From a bacterium (GTDB lineage Bacteria; CAIWAD01), in assembly GCA_030685015.1 (NCBI GenBank), contig JAUXWS010000059.1:87052-151051 (forward strand): DNA of 64,000 nt, in the 5' to 3' direction. The notes beneath the pieces are model-generated. The model saw only the letters and a program-made list of their open reading frames with translations, had not been told where the DNA came from and ran no database searches. Both the position numbers and the translations under genes were made by a program. Numbering within the stretch: position 1 is the first letter of the stretch; each line of letters opens with the position of its first letter. Below, piece after piece: positions 27,001 through 36,397 of this stretch.

Positions 27001-27864
27001 TCAATTCCCTTTCTGCAGAGGCGATGTGCCCAGCAGGCGCAGGGCGTCCCGGAAGGCCGGACCCTCCACGTCCACCAGCTCCATGTCTCCCACGAAGTCA
27101 GGCAGGATGCGGCGGGCCAGGGCCTGGAAGGCCTCGGTGCGATCGCTGAAGACAAAGCGCCGGTGGCCCGGCTCCAGGTTGGGGGTGGCCAGGTCGCGTT
27201 CCGCCAGGATGGCCGCCAGCTCCCGCGCCGTGCCCTCCGCCGCGTCGACGATGCGCAGGCCCTCCCCCAGGACGCGGGCCATCGCGGGTTGAAGGAGCGG
27301 GTAGTGGGTGCAGCCCAGCACCAGGGTGTCGATGCGCGAGGGGCGGATGTCCCCCAGATAGTGGCGGATGACCGCCTCGGCCACCGGCCCGTCCACGATG
27401 CCGTCCTCCACCATGGGCACGAAGAGCGGACAGGCCCGGCTCAAGGTGCGCACCGAGGCGTCCAGCCGCGCCACGGCATCGGGATAAGCGCGGCTGGCCA
27501 CGGTGGAGGCCGTGCCCACCACCGCCACTTCGCCATTGCGCGTGGCCTCCACCGCCTGGCGGGCGCCCGCCTCGACCACGCCGATGACGGGGACGGGAAG
27601 CGCGTTGCGCAGGTCGGGCAGGGCCACGGCGCTCACCGTGTTGCAGGCGACGACAATGGCCTTTACCCGGTTGGCCAGCAGCCAGGCGGCGATCTCGCGG
27701 CTGAACTCGCGGATCACCCGCGGGCTGCGGATGCCGTAGGGGACGCGGGCGGTGTCGCCGAAGTAGATGAGATCCTCGCGGGGCAGCTGCGCCAGCACCT
27801 GGGCGACGACGGTGAGGCCGCCCACGCCGGAGTCGAACACGCCGATGGGCTGGGGGGAGGGCAT
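27001..27864 (-). CDS. murI: Glutamate racemase
   Basis: IGVFDSGVGGLTV, VACNT, LGCTHYP. Confidence 0.97.
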   Translation of the reverse strand: MPSPQPIGVFDSGVGGLTVVAQVLAQLPREDLIYFGDTARVPYGIRSPRVIREFSREIAAWLLANRVKAIVVACNTVSAVALPDLRNALPVPVIGVVEAGARQAVEATRNGEVAVVGTASTVASRAYPDAVARLDASVRTLSRACPLFVPMVEDGIVDGPVAEAVIRHYLGDIRPSRIDTLVLGCTHYPLLQPAMARVLGEGLRIVDAAEGTARELAAILAERDLATPNLEPGHRRFVFSDRTEAFQALARRILPDFVGDMELVDVEGPAFRDALRLLGTSPLQKGN

Positions 27865-27869
27865 GGCGG

Positions 27870-29204
27870 CTACTCCTTCGGCTCGGGCAGCGCACAGACC
27901 AGGTCCCGGAAGCGCCGCCCCCGCTCCTCGAAGTTGACGAACTGGTCGAAGGAGGCGCACATGGGGCTTAGCAGGACGACGTCGCCCGGGCGGGACAAGG
28001 CCGCGGCCCGGGCCACGGCGCCGGCCAGGTTGTCCTCACGGTGCACGGCCAGCTTGTCCGCGAACCAGTCTCCGATGATGCCGCCGTCGCGGCCGAAGAC
28101 GACCAGCTCGCGCACCCGCTCCCTCACCAGCCCCTCCACCGTGCTGTAGTCGTCCGTTTTGGCCTCGCCGCCCGCCAGCAGGATGACGGAGCCGGGCGCG
28201 AAACCGACCAGGGCCTTGGCCGTGCTGTCCACGTTGGTGGCCTTGCTGTCGTTGATCCAGCGGACGCCCCGGCGCGTCCGCACGATCTCGATGCGGTGCT
28301 CGACGGGCGAGAAGTCCAGCATCGCCTGCCGCACAGTGGCCAGGTCGAGGCCGAGGTCGCGGGCGGCCAGCAGCACGGCGGCCATGTTCTCCAGGTTGTG
28401 GGCGCCGATGAGGCGCGGCGCGCCCGCCTCGATGAAGAGGCCGCCCGGCCACTCCTCCAGCCAGAGGCCGCGCTCGTCCACGCGCGCGGCGGCGGTCCGG
28501 CCGCCGGCGGAGAAGCGGTGGACGCGGCAGGAGAGGGAGTCGGCCCGAGGGGCCAGCAGCGGATCGTCGGCGTTGACCACCACGCAGCCGTCCTCCGCCA
28601 CCTGCTCGGCCAAGCGCCACTTGGCCGCCAGGTAGCCTTCCATGCTGCCGTGGCGGGCAAGGTGGTCCTCGCTCAGGTTGAGCAGCAGGGCGGCGCGCAC
28701 CCGCAGGTCGCGGCTCAACTCAAGCTGGTAGCTGCTCGCCTCCAGCACGGCCCAGTCCGGCGGCGGCTCCTCCAGCGCGACCAGGCTGAGCGGGTGGCCC
28801 ACGTTGCCGCAGGCCTCGGCCCGGCAGCCGCAGGCCTGGAGCACGGCCGCCGCCAGCAGAGTCGTCGTCGTCTTGCCGTTGGATCCGGTGACGGCCAGCA
28901 CCTCGCCGGCGAACCAGGTCCGTGCGAAATCCGGCTCGCTCTGCACGGGCAGGCCGCGCCGCAGAGCCTCCGCCACCAACGGATGGGACGGGGGGATCAC
29001 CGGGCTGGGCACAACCAGCGTCAGGTCGGAGGGCAGATCATTCCCCAGATGGACGGCCACCGGCAGGCCGGCCAGCTTCCCGCCCATCTGCTCCAGACTC
29101 AGCAGGTCGTCGTGGAGCAGGACCTCATGGCCGCGGGCCAGACCCAGCCGGGCCGCCGCCAGACCGCTGCGCGCCACGCCGATGATCAGCAGGCGGCCTG
29201 TCAT
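27870..29204 (-). CDS. murD: UDP-N-acetylmuramoyl-L-alanine--D-glutamate ligase
   Basis: VTGSNGKTTT, EASSYQL, HRIE, NDSKATN, LLSPMCASFDQF; ATGA overlap with murE. Confidence 0.96.
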   Translation of the reverse strand: MTGRLLIIGVARSGLAAARLGLARGHEVLLHDDLLSLEQMGGKLAGLPVAVHLGNDLPSDLTLVVPSPVIPPSHPLVAEALRRGLPVQSEPDFARTWFAGEVLAVTGSNGKTTTTLLAAAVLQACGCRAEACGNVGHPLSLVALEEPPPDWAVLEASSYQLELSRDLRVRAALLLNLSEDHLARHGSMEGYLAAKWRLAEQVAEDGCVVVNADDPLLAPRADSLSCRVHRFSAGGRTAAARVDERGLWLEEWPGGLFIEAGAPRLIGAHNLENMAAVLLAARDLGLDLATVRQAMLDFSPVEHRIEIVRTRRGVRWINDSKATNVDSTAKALVGFAPGSVILLAGGEAKTDDYSTVEGLVRERVRELVVFGRDGGIIGDWFADKLAVHREDNLAGAVARAAALSRPGDVVLLSPMCASFDQFVNFEERGRRFRDLVCALPEPKE

Positions 29205-30715
29205 GCCGGGCGCTCCCAGCATTGCCGCAGCACCTCGCGCTCGTCGAAGGGCCGCTTCTCGGTCCCGATCAGTTGATAGCGCTCGTGCCCCTTGCCCAGC
29301 AGCAGAAGCAGATCCTCCGGCCCCGCCTCCGCCAGCATGGCGGCGATGGCGGCGGCGCGATCGTCCAGGCGCGTGATGCGGGCGTCCCCGCCCTGCTCCG
29401 CCAGGATGTCGCCGAAGATCTGCGCCGGATCCTCGCCCCGGGGATTGTCCAGGGTCAGCCAGACACGGTCCGCGTGGACCAGCGCGATCCGCAGCATGAC
29501 CGGGCGCTTGCCACGGTCCCGCTCGCCGCCGCATCCGAAAAGCACGTGCAGGCGACGCCGGGGCAGGGCGGCCACTGCGGCGAAGGCCTTCTCGTAGCCG
29601 TCCGGGGAGTGGGCGTAGTCGATGAGGACGCGCGGGCCGCCCGCCAGGCGGAGGGGCTCCATGCGGCCGGGCACCGGATCCAGGTCGGCCATCAGCTCTC
29701 GCAGGCGGGGGCGGGGAATGCCCAGGGAGTCGGCCACGATCCAGGCCGCCGCGGCGTTGGAGGCGTTGTGGGAGCCGGGCAGGGGAATCCACAACTCTTC
29801 ATCGGCGCCGGGTCCCAGCAGGCGAAAGGCCTGTCCCTCGCCCTCGCCGCGTTCATCGGCGAGGCGCCAGTCGACCCCCGCCTCTCGGCCGAAGGTGACG
29901 ACGGGGAGGGGGTCCAGCTCCTGTGCCAGCCGCCGGCCCCAGGTACAGTCCGTGTTCACCAGGCGCAGTTCCGCCTCGGGGCGGCGCAGGAAGGATGCCT
30001 TCACCCGGAAGTAGTCCTCCATGCCCTGATGATAGTCGAGATGCTCCGGGCTGAGGTTGAGGAAGACGGCGCTGCGGAAGCCGAAGACCGCTTCCCGGCG
30101 CTGATGGATGGCGTGGCTGGAGACCTCCATCACCAGATGCCGTCCGCCCGCCTCCAGCAGCCTGCTGGCGAAGGCGGCCAGCCAGGGGGAGTCCGGCGTG
30201 GTGAGCGTGGCGGGGGCGGCTTCGCCGCCGCCCAGGCGGCTGCAGATGGTGCCCACGAGGCCGGCCCGGGGATCCAGCGGTCGCAGGAGCTGCTGCAGGA
30301 TCCAGGTGGTGCTGGTCTTCCCGTTGGTCCCGGTGACGCCATGCACGACGAGGTCCGCTTGTTCCAGGCCGGCGATGCGGGCCACGGCGCGGGGCAGCCA
30401 ATCCTGCGTGTCCTCGACCACCAGTTGGCCCGGCGTCCGGCGCAGGGGTTCCTCCTGGGCGAGGTGCCAGCCGGCCTCCACCACGCAGGGGAAGCCGTTG
30501 GCCAGCAGGGCGGGCGCATGGCCGTGTCCGTCGTGGGAGTATCCGCGCAGCGCCACGAAGAGGTCCCCCGGGCGGCAGCGGCGCGAGTCCGTGCGCAGGA
30601 GGGGACCGTCGCCACCCAGCTCCTCAAGGCCCCAGGGTCCCCCCGCCTCCAGTTGGAGGCGCCGGACACCCGGGAGGGCGCAGAGCCATCCCAGCGATGC
30701 TTCGCGTCGTGTCAT
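29201..30715 (-). CDS. murE: UDP-N-acetylmuramoyl-dipeptide--meso-diaminopimelate ligase
   Basis: VTGTNGKTST, TTPD, MEVSSHA, DYAHSPD, FGCGGERD, DNPR (meso-DAP specificity motif), GKGHE. Confidence 0.96.
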   Translation of the reverse strand: MTRREASLGWLCALPGVRRLQLEAGGPWGLEELGGDGPLLRTDSRRCRPGDLFVALRGYSHDGHGHAPALLANGFPCVVEAGWHLAQEEPLRRTPGQLVVEDTQDWLPRAVARIAGLEQADLVVHGVTGTNGKTSTTWILQQLLRPLDPRAGLVGTICSRLGGGEAAPATLTTPDSPWLAAFASRLLEAGGRHLVMEVSSHAIHQRREAVFGFRSAVFLNLSPEHLDYHQGMEDYFRVKASFLRRPEAELRLVNTDCTWGRRLAQELDPLPVVTFGREAGVDWRLADERGEGEGQAFRLLGPGADEELWIPLPGSHNASNAAAAWIVADSLGIPRPRLRELMADLDPVPGRMEPLRLAGGPRVLIDYAHSPDGYEKAFAAVAALPRRRLHVLFGCGGERDRGKRPVMLRIALVHADRVWLTLDNPRGEDPAQIFGDILAEQGGDARITRLDDRAAAIAAMLAEAGPEDLLLLLGKGHERYQLIGTEKRPFDEREVLRQCWERPA

Positions 30716-32040
30716 GTGCGCAGCTTTCCCACCCGGGGCTGTCGCAGACTGCGCAGACCCTTGAGCACGGACTCCAGCATGATGCGCAGATCCATTTGCG
30801 GCGACCAGTTCATGGCGTAATACATGTCCATGGCCAGGCGTTGGCCCGGCTCGAAGTAGCCATAGTCGCTCACTTGCCAGAGGCCGGTGAGGCCGGGGCG
30901 GATGCGGGCGAAGGCCGCCAGATCCCCGGGATAGGTCTCGAACTCGCGCTCGATGAGCGGCGCGGGACCCACCAGGCTTTGCGATCCGACCAGCACGCCC
31001 AGCAGCTCCGGCACTTTGTAGAGTCCGGACTGGAAGAGCCAGCCGCCCCGCTCGTAGTCCACACGCAGCTGGAGCAGGGTGAGAGGGCGCCGCGTGAGGT
31101 CGTAGCGACGGATGCGCATGAGGGGTCGGCCCCGCAGGAAGGGCGTGGCCGCCACCACGGTCAACAGCACGAGCGGCAATCCGAGGAGGCCGGCTGTCAG
31201 GTCGACCAGGCGCTTGAGCAAGCGCTTGGCGGGTCGCCACAGGCTTTGCTCCAGGGACAACAGCGGCTGGTCGTCGAGGCGCACGATGCGGGCCCCCATC
31301 AGGGCCATGGTGGCGGCGTCGGGCACCAGCTCGATCGTGCGCACCCGGATCTCGAACTTGCGCAGCACGGTGGTAAGGCGGCGTCGCGGCATGCCCTCCA
31401 TGAAGACGACCACCTTCTGCAGGCCCTTGTCCGACACCAGGTGGTCGACCTGCTCATTGCATTCCGGCCGGAAGTCCTCGCCCTGCTCATCAAACAGCTC
31501 ACCCGGCGCCAGGCGGGCCAGTTCATCGTTGCCGCGACGGAAGCGGTCGCGGCCCACGGCGTCCAGAAAGGCCTCCACGCGGGTCGGGCTGCCGATGAAA
31601 AGCATGGGCGCCCGCAGCAGTCCGCCGCGCTGGATGAGCTGCCAGGCCGCCACACGAGCCACAGGCAGAAGGAGGAGGAGCCAGCCCATGGCGAATAGGG
31701 TTCCCAGGCGACTGAACTCGAAATCCAGGCGGAAGATGACGAGATAGGCGAGGACGACGGGGAAAAGCCAGGCCACGACCTGCAGGGAGCCGTAGACCTG
31801 GCGGCGCAACCCCAGGTCGCCGAAGCGGTAGAGGCGGGCCCGGGCGGCGAAGATCACCAGCAGGATGGAGGCCGGCGCCAGCACGTCCAAGTAGAGGCTC
31901 CAGGGCTGCTGGACGCTGACCAGCCCGGGCAGCAGCGGCGGCAGCAGCATGAAGCGGGTCCACCAGCCCAGCCAGAAGGCCAGCAGCAGGCAGGCAAGGT
32001 CCACCAGGACAAGCCCGGCGCGCAGCAGGTAGCGGGTCAT
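30712..32040 (-). CDS. Polyprenyl-phosphate phosphoglycosyltransferase (WbaP/WcaJ-like sugar transferase)
   Basis: N-terminal TM helices; KRLVD, SLVGP.P, RPGLTGLWQVS, D.YY..NWS..DL.I; overlaps with both neighbours. Confidence 0.88.
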   Translation of the reverse strand: MTRYLLRAGLVLVDLACLLLAFWLGWWTRFMLLPPLLPGLVSVQQPWSLYLDVLAPASILLVIFAARARLYRFGDLGLRRQVYGSLQVVAWLFPVVLAYLVIFRLDFEFSRLGTLFAMGWLLLLLPVARVAAWQLIQRGGLLRAPMLFIGSPTRVEAFLDAVGRDRFRRGNDELARLAPGELFDEQGEDFRPECNEQVDHLVSDKGLQKVVVFMEGMPRRRLTTVLRKFEIRVRTIELVPDAATMALMGARIVRLDDQPLLSLEQSLWRPAKRLLKRLVDLTAGLLGLPLVLLTVVAATPFLRGRPLMRIRRYDLTRRPLTLLQLRVDYERGGWLFQSGLYKVPELLGVLVGSQSLVGPAPLIEREFETYPGDLAAFARIRPGLTGLWQVSDYGYFEPGQRLAMDMYYAMNWSPQMDLRIMLESVLKGLRSLRQPRVGKLRT

Positions 32041-32960
32041 CAGGCGGGGCGCGTGCGCTTGAAGAGGTTGAAGACAAGCAGGACGGCCATGCGCAGGTAG
32101 ATGCCGAGGTGGACGAGGGCGGTGGTGGCCCAGGAGTAGTGGCGGCGGTAGTGCTTGTTGTAGAAGATGCGCATGGAGTCGTGGAAGTGGAAGATGACCC
32201 AGGGGGCGCGCTTGTTGGTGGTGCCGCCCTTGCGGTGCAGCATGGCCACGTCGCCCAGGTACCAGACCTCGCCGCCCCGCTGCTTGACGCGGTAACAGAG
32301 GTCGATGTCCTCCCCGTAGAAGAAGAAGTCCTCGTCGAAGGGACCGGGGGGCAGCGCCTCGCGCCTCGCCATGAGGAAGGCGCCCACCAGACTGTCCACC
32401 TGGTAGCGTTCCTCCTCCGGCATGTAGCGCAGGTCGTAGGCGGCGAAGCGCCGACTGCGCGGGAAGAGGCGGTTGAAGCCCAGCAGTTTCCACAGCGACA
32501 CGGAGGGCGTGGGGAAGGATCGGCGGCAAGCGCTGTCCAAGCTGCCGTCGCTCTTGAGCAGGCGGCAGCCGGCCAGGGCGGCCTGCGGCTCCGCGTCCAG
32601 GAAGGCCGCCACCTGGCGCAGGGCGTCGTTCTGCACTTCCGTGTCCGAGTTGAGGAAGAGGAGGAGGCGTCCTCTGGCCTGGCGGGCAGCGATGTTGTTG
32701 GCCTCGCCGAAGCCGATGCCGCGATCCAGCCGCAGGAAATGGAGCCAGGGGCAAGCCGCGGCCAGCCGCCCTCCGGAGCCGTCGCTGGAGCCGTTGTCCA
32801 CCAGGAACACCTCCACCGCAAGGCCATTCCGCTCGCGCAGGATGGACTCCAGGCAGGCCCGGGTGAGCGCCTCCGTGTTGAAGTGGACGACGATGATCGA
32901 AAGATCGGGCGTCGCGACAGCCGGCAGGGCGGGGCGGTTCTCCACCAGGCGCGCGCTCAC
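32040..32960 (-). CDS. Glycosyltransferase family 2 (WbbL-like)
   Basis: LSIIVVHFN, VDNGSSDG, GFGEANN, FLNSD, FFFYGEDIDLC; GTGA overlap with rlmN. Confidence 0.92.
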   Translation of the reverse strand: MSARLVENRPALPAVATPDLSIIVVHFNTEALTRACLESILRERNGLAVEVFLVDNGSSDGSGGRLAAACPWLHFLRLDRGIGFGEANNIAARQARGRLLLFLNSDTEVQNDALRQVAAFLDAEPQAALAGCRLLKSDGSLDSACRRSFPTPSVSLWKLLGFNRLFPRSRRFAAYDLRYMPEEERYQVDSLVGAFLMARREALPPGPFDEDFFFYGEDIDLCYRVKQRGGEVWYLGDVAMLHRKGGTTNKRAPWVIFHFHDSMRIFYNKHYRRHYSWATTALVHLGIYLRMAVLLVFNLFKRTRPA

Positions 32961-34039
32961 GGGGCGGCCTCGCGGCGCTCTTCCTTGACGAGCAACTGGC
33001 CGCAGGCGGCGTCGATGTCGGTGCCCATGTTCTGCCGCAGGGTGACAGCGAAGGGCGCGGTCTGCAGGTCGGCGAAGAAGCGCTGGTAGATCTCCGCCCC
33101 GCTGGATTGGAAGCCGCGCTCCGTCGGGTTGTAATAGATCAGGTTGAGTTTGCAGGGGAGGCGGGAGAGGCGGGCGCGCAGGCCGCGGACGTCCTCCCGG
33201 GTATCGTTGACGCCCTCCATCAGGATGTACTCGAATGTGACGCGCTGGCCGGTCCGCTCGGTCCAGTCCTTGCAGGCGGCGAAAAGATCGTCCAGGGGAT
33301 ACTTGCGGTTGATGGGCATCAGGCGCGAACGCTTCTCGTCGGTGACGGCGTTGAGGGAGACAGCCAGCTTGCAGGGCAGGTCTTCTTCGGCCATCCGCCG
33401 GATCTGCGGCACAAGCCCGGCGGTGGAGACCGTCATGCGGCGACGGCTGAGCCCCAGCCCGCGGTTGTCGTGCAGCAGGCGGAGGGCCCGGGCCACGTTG
33501 TCGTAGTTGTGCAGGGGCTCGCCCATGCCCATGAACACGACGTTGCTCAGCTGGAGGCCTTCCTGGGCATTCACCCAGAGGACCTGCTGGACGATCTCGG
33601 CCGCGCTCAGATGGCGGCGGAAGCCCATGGTCGCCGTGGCGCAGAAGGCGCAATCCAGGGCGCAACCCACCTGGGTGGAGACGCAGAGCGTGCTGCGGCG
33701 CTCAAAGCCCATCCAGACGGCCTCGATGCGGGCGCCGTCGGCCAGGCGGAAGAGGAACTTCTCGCAGTTGGACACGGCGCTTCGCACGCGCCGCGCCGGC
33801 TCGATCTCGAGGACGGCGTAGCGCTCCGCCAGGTCGCGGCGCAGGTCGCGGGCCAGGTTGGTCATGTCCTGGAAGTCGAAGGTGCGGCGGGCATGGATCC
33901 AGTTGAAAATCTGGTCGGCGCGCCAGGGCGCCAGTCCCTCCGCCGCAAGGCGCTCCCGCAGGCTTTCCAGGCTGTCGCCGGCCAGGCTGGGGCGGGCTTG
34001 GACAGGGGGGGGCGGAGTCTGGCTGGCGAGCGACAGCAC
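32957..34039 (-). CDS. rlmN: Dual-specificity rRNA/tRNA m2A methyltransferase RlmN (radical SAM)
   Basis: CVSTQVGCALDCAFC, MGMGEPL, DIDAACGQL; start codon approximate. Confidence 0.95.
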   Translation of the reverse strand: MLSLASQTPPPPVQARPSLAGDSLESLRERLAAEGLAPWRADQIFNWIHARRTFDFQDMTNLARDLRRDLAERYAVLEIEPARRVRSAVSNCEKFLFRLADGARIEAVWMGFERRSTLCVSTQVGCALDCAFCATATMGFRRHLSAAEIVQQVLWVNAQEGLQLSNVVFMGMGEPLHNYDNVARALRLLHDNRGLGLSRRRMTVSTAGLVPQIRRMAEEDLPCKLAVSLNAVTDEKRSRLMPINRKYPLDDLFAACKDWTERTGQRVTFEYILMEGVNDTREDVRGLRARLSRLPCKLNLIYYNPTERGFQSSGAEIYQRFFADLQTAPFAVTLRQNMGTDIDAACGQLLVKEERREAAP

Positions 34040-34059
34040 GGGTGCGGGGCCCTCCGGGC

Positions 34060-34419
34060 CTAGCTGGACGGCGACAGCTGGGAGTCGATGCAGGACTTCA
34101 AATCCACCATTCGATAGGGTTTGAACAGGTGTGGTGGATCCCCGGCGGGGGGATCCGGATCGGGGTCCCCGCTGCAGAAGATGGCCGGGGCGTCGGGCCG
34201 GATGCGCCGCAGCTCCAACAGCAGTTGGCGTCCCGTCATGCCGGGCAGGTTGAGGTCCAGCATCAGCAGGTCGAAGCGGGCGGGATCCTGCTTGAAGACG
34301 GCCAGCGCCGCGGGACCATCGACCACGGCCGTGACCTGGTAACCCAACAGGGTCAGCATTTGCGTGCTGATGTCGCGGACAGCTTCCTCGTCCTCGACGA
34401 GCAGGATATGCGGCGTCAC
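34060..34419 (-). CDS. Single-domain response regulator (REC)
   Basis: LLVEDE, LMLDLNLPGMTG, KPY. Confidence 0.88.
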   Translation of the reverse strand: MTPHILLVEDEEAVRDISTQMLTLLGYQVTAVVDGPAALAVFKQDPARFDLLMLDLNLPGMTGRQLLLELRRIRPDAPAIFCSGDPDPDPPAGDPPHLFKPYRMVDLKSCIDSQLSPSS

Positions 34420-34522
34420 GCCCGGCTCCCCTGTTGAATCCACACAATTTCTCCCCTGTGAAGGAAGGAAAACAACGGCTTGGGTTCAAGCTGAAGGCCC
34501 TGCTTGAGCCCTGACCGATGCC

Positions 34523-35005
34523 TCAGATCACCCTGTCCCGGCCCAGGAGACGGCTGGCCATTGACAGGCATCCAGTATGGTGCGCCTCGTGGTGGGACAG
34601 GTGCACCAACACTTCCGCCTTGGTGGCGAAGAAGCGGCTGGACTCCACCGGGGGGGACTTCAGCATGGCCGTCGTCGCCTTTTCCAGCCAGGCGGTCAGA
34701 TCCTGGCGGCGCTCCGCCAGGACGGCGCGGCATTCATCCGCGCCGGGCAGCTGATCGCATTCCGCGGGAGGGCAGCCCAGACCGAAGAGGGCGGGCCAGC
34801 GCTCGTCCCAGGTCCGCTGCCCGTTGAGCAGATAGAGAAAAAGGCCGCGATGGTAGGCCAGATGGCCCAGGGTCCACAGGGCGCAATTGGGCAGGTCCGG
34901 CGGCAGGGCCGTCCAGTCGTCGCCGGAAAGGCGGCTGGTGAAGGTATCGATGAACATGTCGCTACGCTCCAGGCCCAACCAGAACGCCTTGGCCATGGGA
35001 TCCAT
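34523..35005 (-). CDS. DinB/YfiT-family protein
   Basis: W.LGHLA and HEAHHTG metal-binding His motifs. Confidence 0.8.
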   Translation of the reverse strand: MDPMAKAFWLGLERSDMFIDTFTSRLSGDDWTALPPDLPNCALWTLGHLAYHRGLFLYLLNGQRTWDERWPALFGLGCPPAECDQLPGADECRAVLAERRQDLTAWLEKATTAMLKSPPVESSRFFATKAEVLVHLSHHEAHHTGCLSMASRLLGRDRVI

Positions 35006-35059
35006 CCGGGTCCACCTCTGTTCTTGAGATAGGAGGTCGGGACGCGACGCGTCGCGTCC

Positions 35060-35863
35060 CTACGGCCGCGGCCGGTAATTCCTCCTCGCCTCGGGCATCA
35101 GCTTCCTTAGCTTGGCGATGCGCGCGGCATCCGAGGGATGGGTGCTGAGGAATTCCGGCGGCTCCCCCCCCTTGCCCGCCGACATGCGCTGCCAGAAGCC
35201 CACCGCCGCCTCCGGGTTGTAGCCGGCCATCGCCATGAAGATGAGGCCCATGCGGTCGGCCTCGCTCTCGTGGGTGCGGCTGTAAGGCAGCATCACTCCC
35301 AGGGTGGAACCCAGGCCGTAGGCCGTCATCCACAATTGCTGGGTCTCCGCCGGCTTCTGCTCCAGGTAGGTGGAGAGCGCCAAGCCGCCGAACTGCTGCA
35401 GCATGCCCTGGCTCATCCGCTCGTCGCCGTGGCGGGCGATGGCGTGGGCGATCTCGTGCCCCATCACCACGGCCAGGCCCGCCTCGTCCTGCGCCACCGG
35501 CAGCAGACCCGAGTAGACGACCACCTTGCCCCCCGGCATGCACCAGGCGTTCACCTCGTCGCCTTCCACCAGGTTGAACTCCCAGTCATAACCGGCCAGC
35601 TGGTCGGTCAGGCCTTTGCGGGTCATGTACTCTTCCACGGCGGCCTGGATGCGACCCCCCACCCGCGCCACCATGGCACTCTGGGTCGTGTTGGCGATGC
35701 GCGGATTCGTTTTGATGAACTCGTCGTACTGCTGGTAGCTCACGGCCTGCATCTGGGATGCCGGCACCAGGGCCAATTGACGGCGGCCCGTCAGCGGGAC
35801 CGTGCTGCAGGCGGCGATCAGCAGCAGGATCGCCAACGCAGCGGGGAAGGTGCGGTTGTACAT
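35060..35863 (-). CDS. M48 family zinc metallopeptidase lipoprotein (Oma1/YfgC-like)
   Basis: Lipobox LIAAC; VPLTGRRQL; NAWCMPGGK; HEIAH; ESEAD; FLSTHP. Confidence 0.93.
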   Translation of the reverse strand: MYNRTFPAALAILLLIAACSTVPLTGRRQLALVPASQMQAVSYQQYDEFIKTNPRIANTTQSAMVARVGGRIQAAVEEYMTRKGLTDQLAGYDWEFNLVEGDEVNAWCMPGGKVVVYSGLLPVAQDEAGLAVVMGHEIAHAIARHGDERMSQGMLQQFGGLALSTYLEQKPAETQQLWMTAYGLGSTLGVMLPYSRTHESEADRMGLIFMAMAGYNPEAAVGFWQRMSAGKGGEPPEFLSTHPSDAARIAKLRKLMPEARRNYRPRP

Positions 35864-36028
35864 GGAAGACTCCTGATTTCTTTGGCTCCAATATCGCACT
35901 CGCAGCTAGTTGGAACGGGAACAATGGGAGCCTGATCCGTCCAATCAGCGGCGCCTTCCCGACAGGCTGCTAGAGGGCCTGGGCGGGAACCAGGAGGCAG
36001 GCGGGCAGCCAAACGATGGGCCAGGACC

Positions 36029-36397
36029 TCATGCTTTCTCCCGCGGCTGGACCAGCTCAAGCAGGTTGCCGTCCGGATCCTCGAGCGCGGCGTAGCGTCC
36101 CTGGGGCACCGTGAGGATCTCCGTCAGGAAGCGCACGCCGGCCACCCTCAGCCGCGCCGTCTCCGCCTCGATGTCGCCGCAGGCCAGGCAGAGAACCGTG
36201 GCGCGTTCGCGGCCGTAATTCGCCTGGTGCGGGGCGGGGGACGCCCCGGCCATCAGGATCAGCTCCACGCCGCAGTCCAGGGCCAGCCAGCCCTCGCCGC
36301 CCTGCCTCACCGGCAGGCCCAGCACGCCCTCGTAGAAGGCGCGGGCCCGGGCCAGGTCGGAGACGAAGCTCTGGATCTCGGCGAAGCGCAGGCTCAT
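36029..36397 (-). CDS. VOC/glyoxalase family protein
   Basis: VSDLARARAFYEGVLG, DPDGNLLEL. Confidence 0.88.
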   Translation of the reverse strand: MSLRFAEIQSFVSDLARARAFYEGVLGLPVRQGGEGWLALDCGVELILMAGASPAPHQANYGRERATVLCLACGDIEAETARLRVAGVRFLTEILTVPQGRYAALEDPDGNLLELVQPREKA

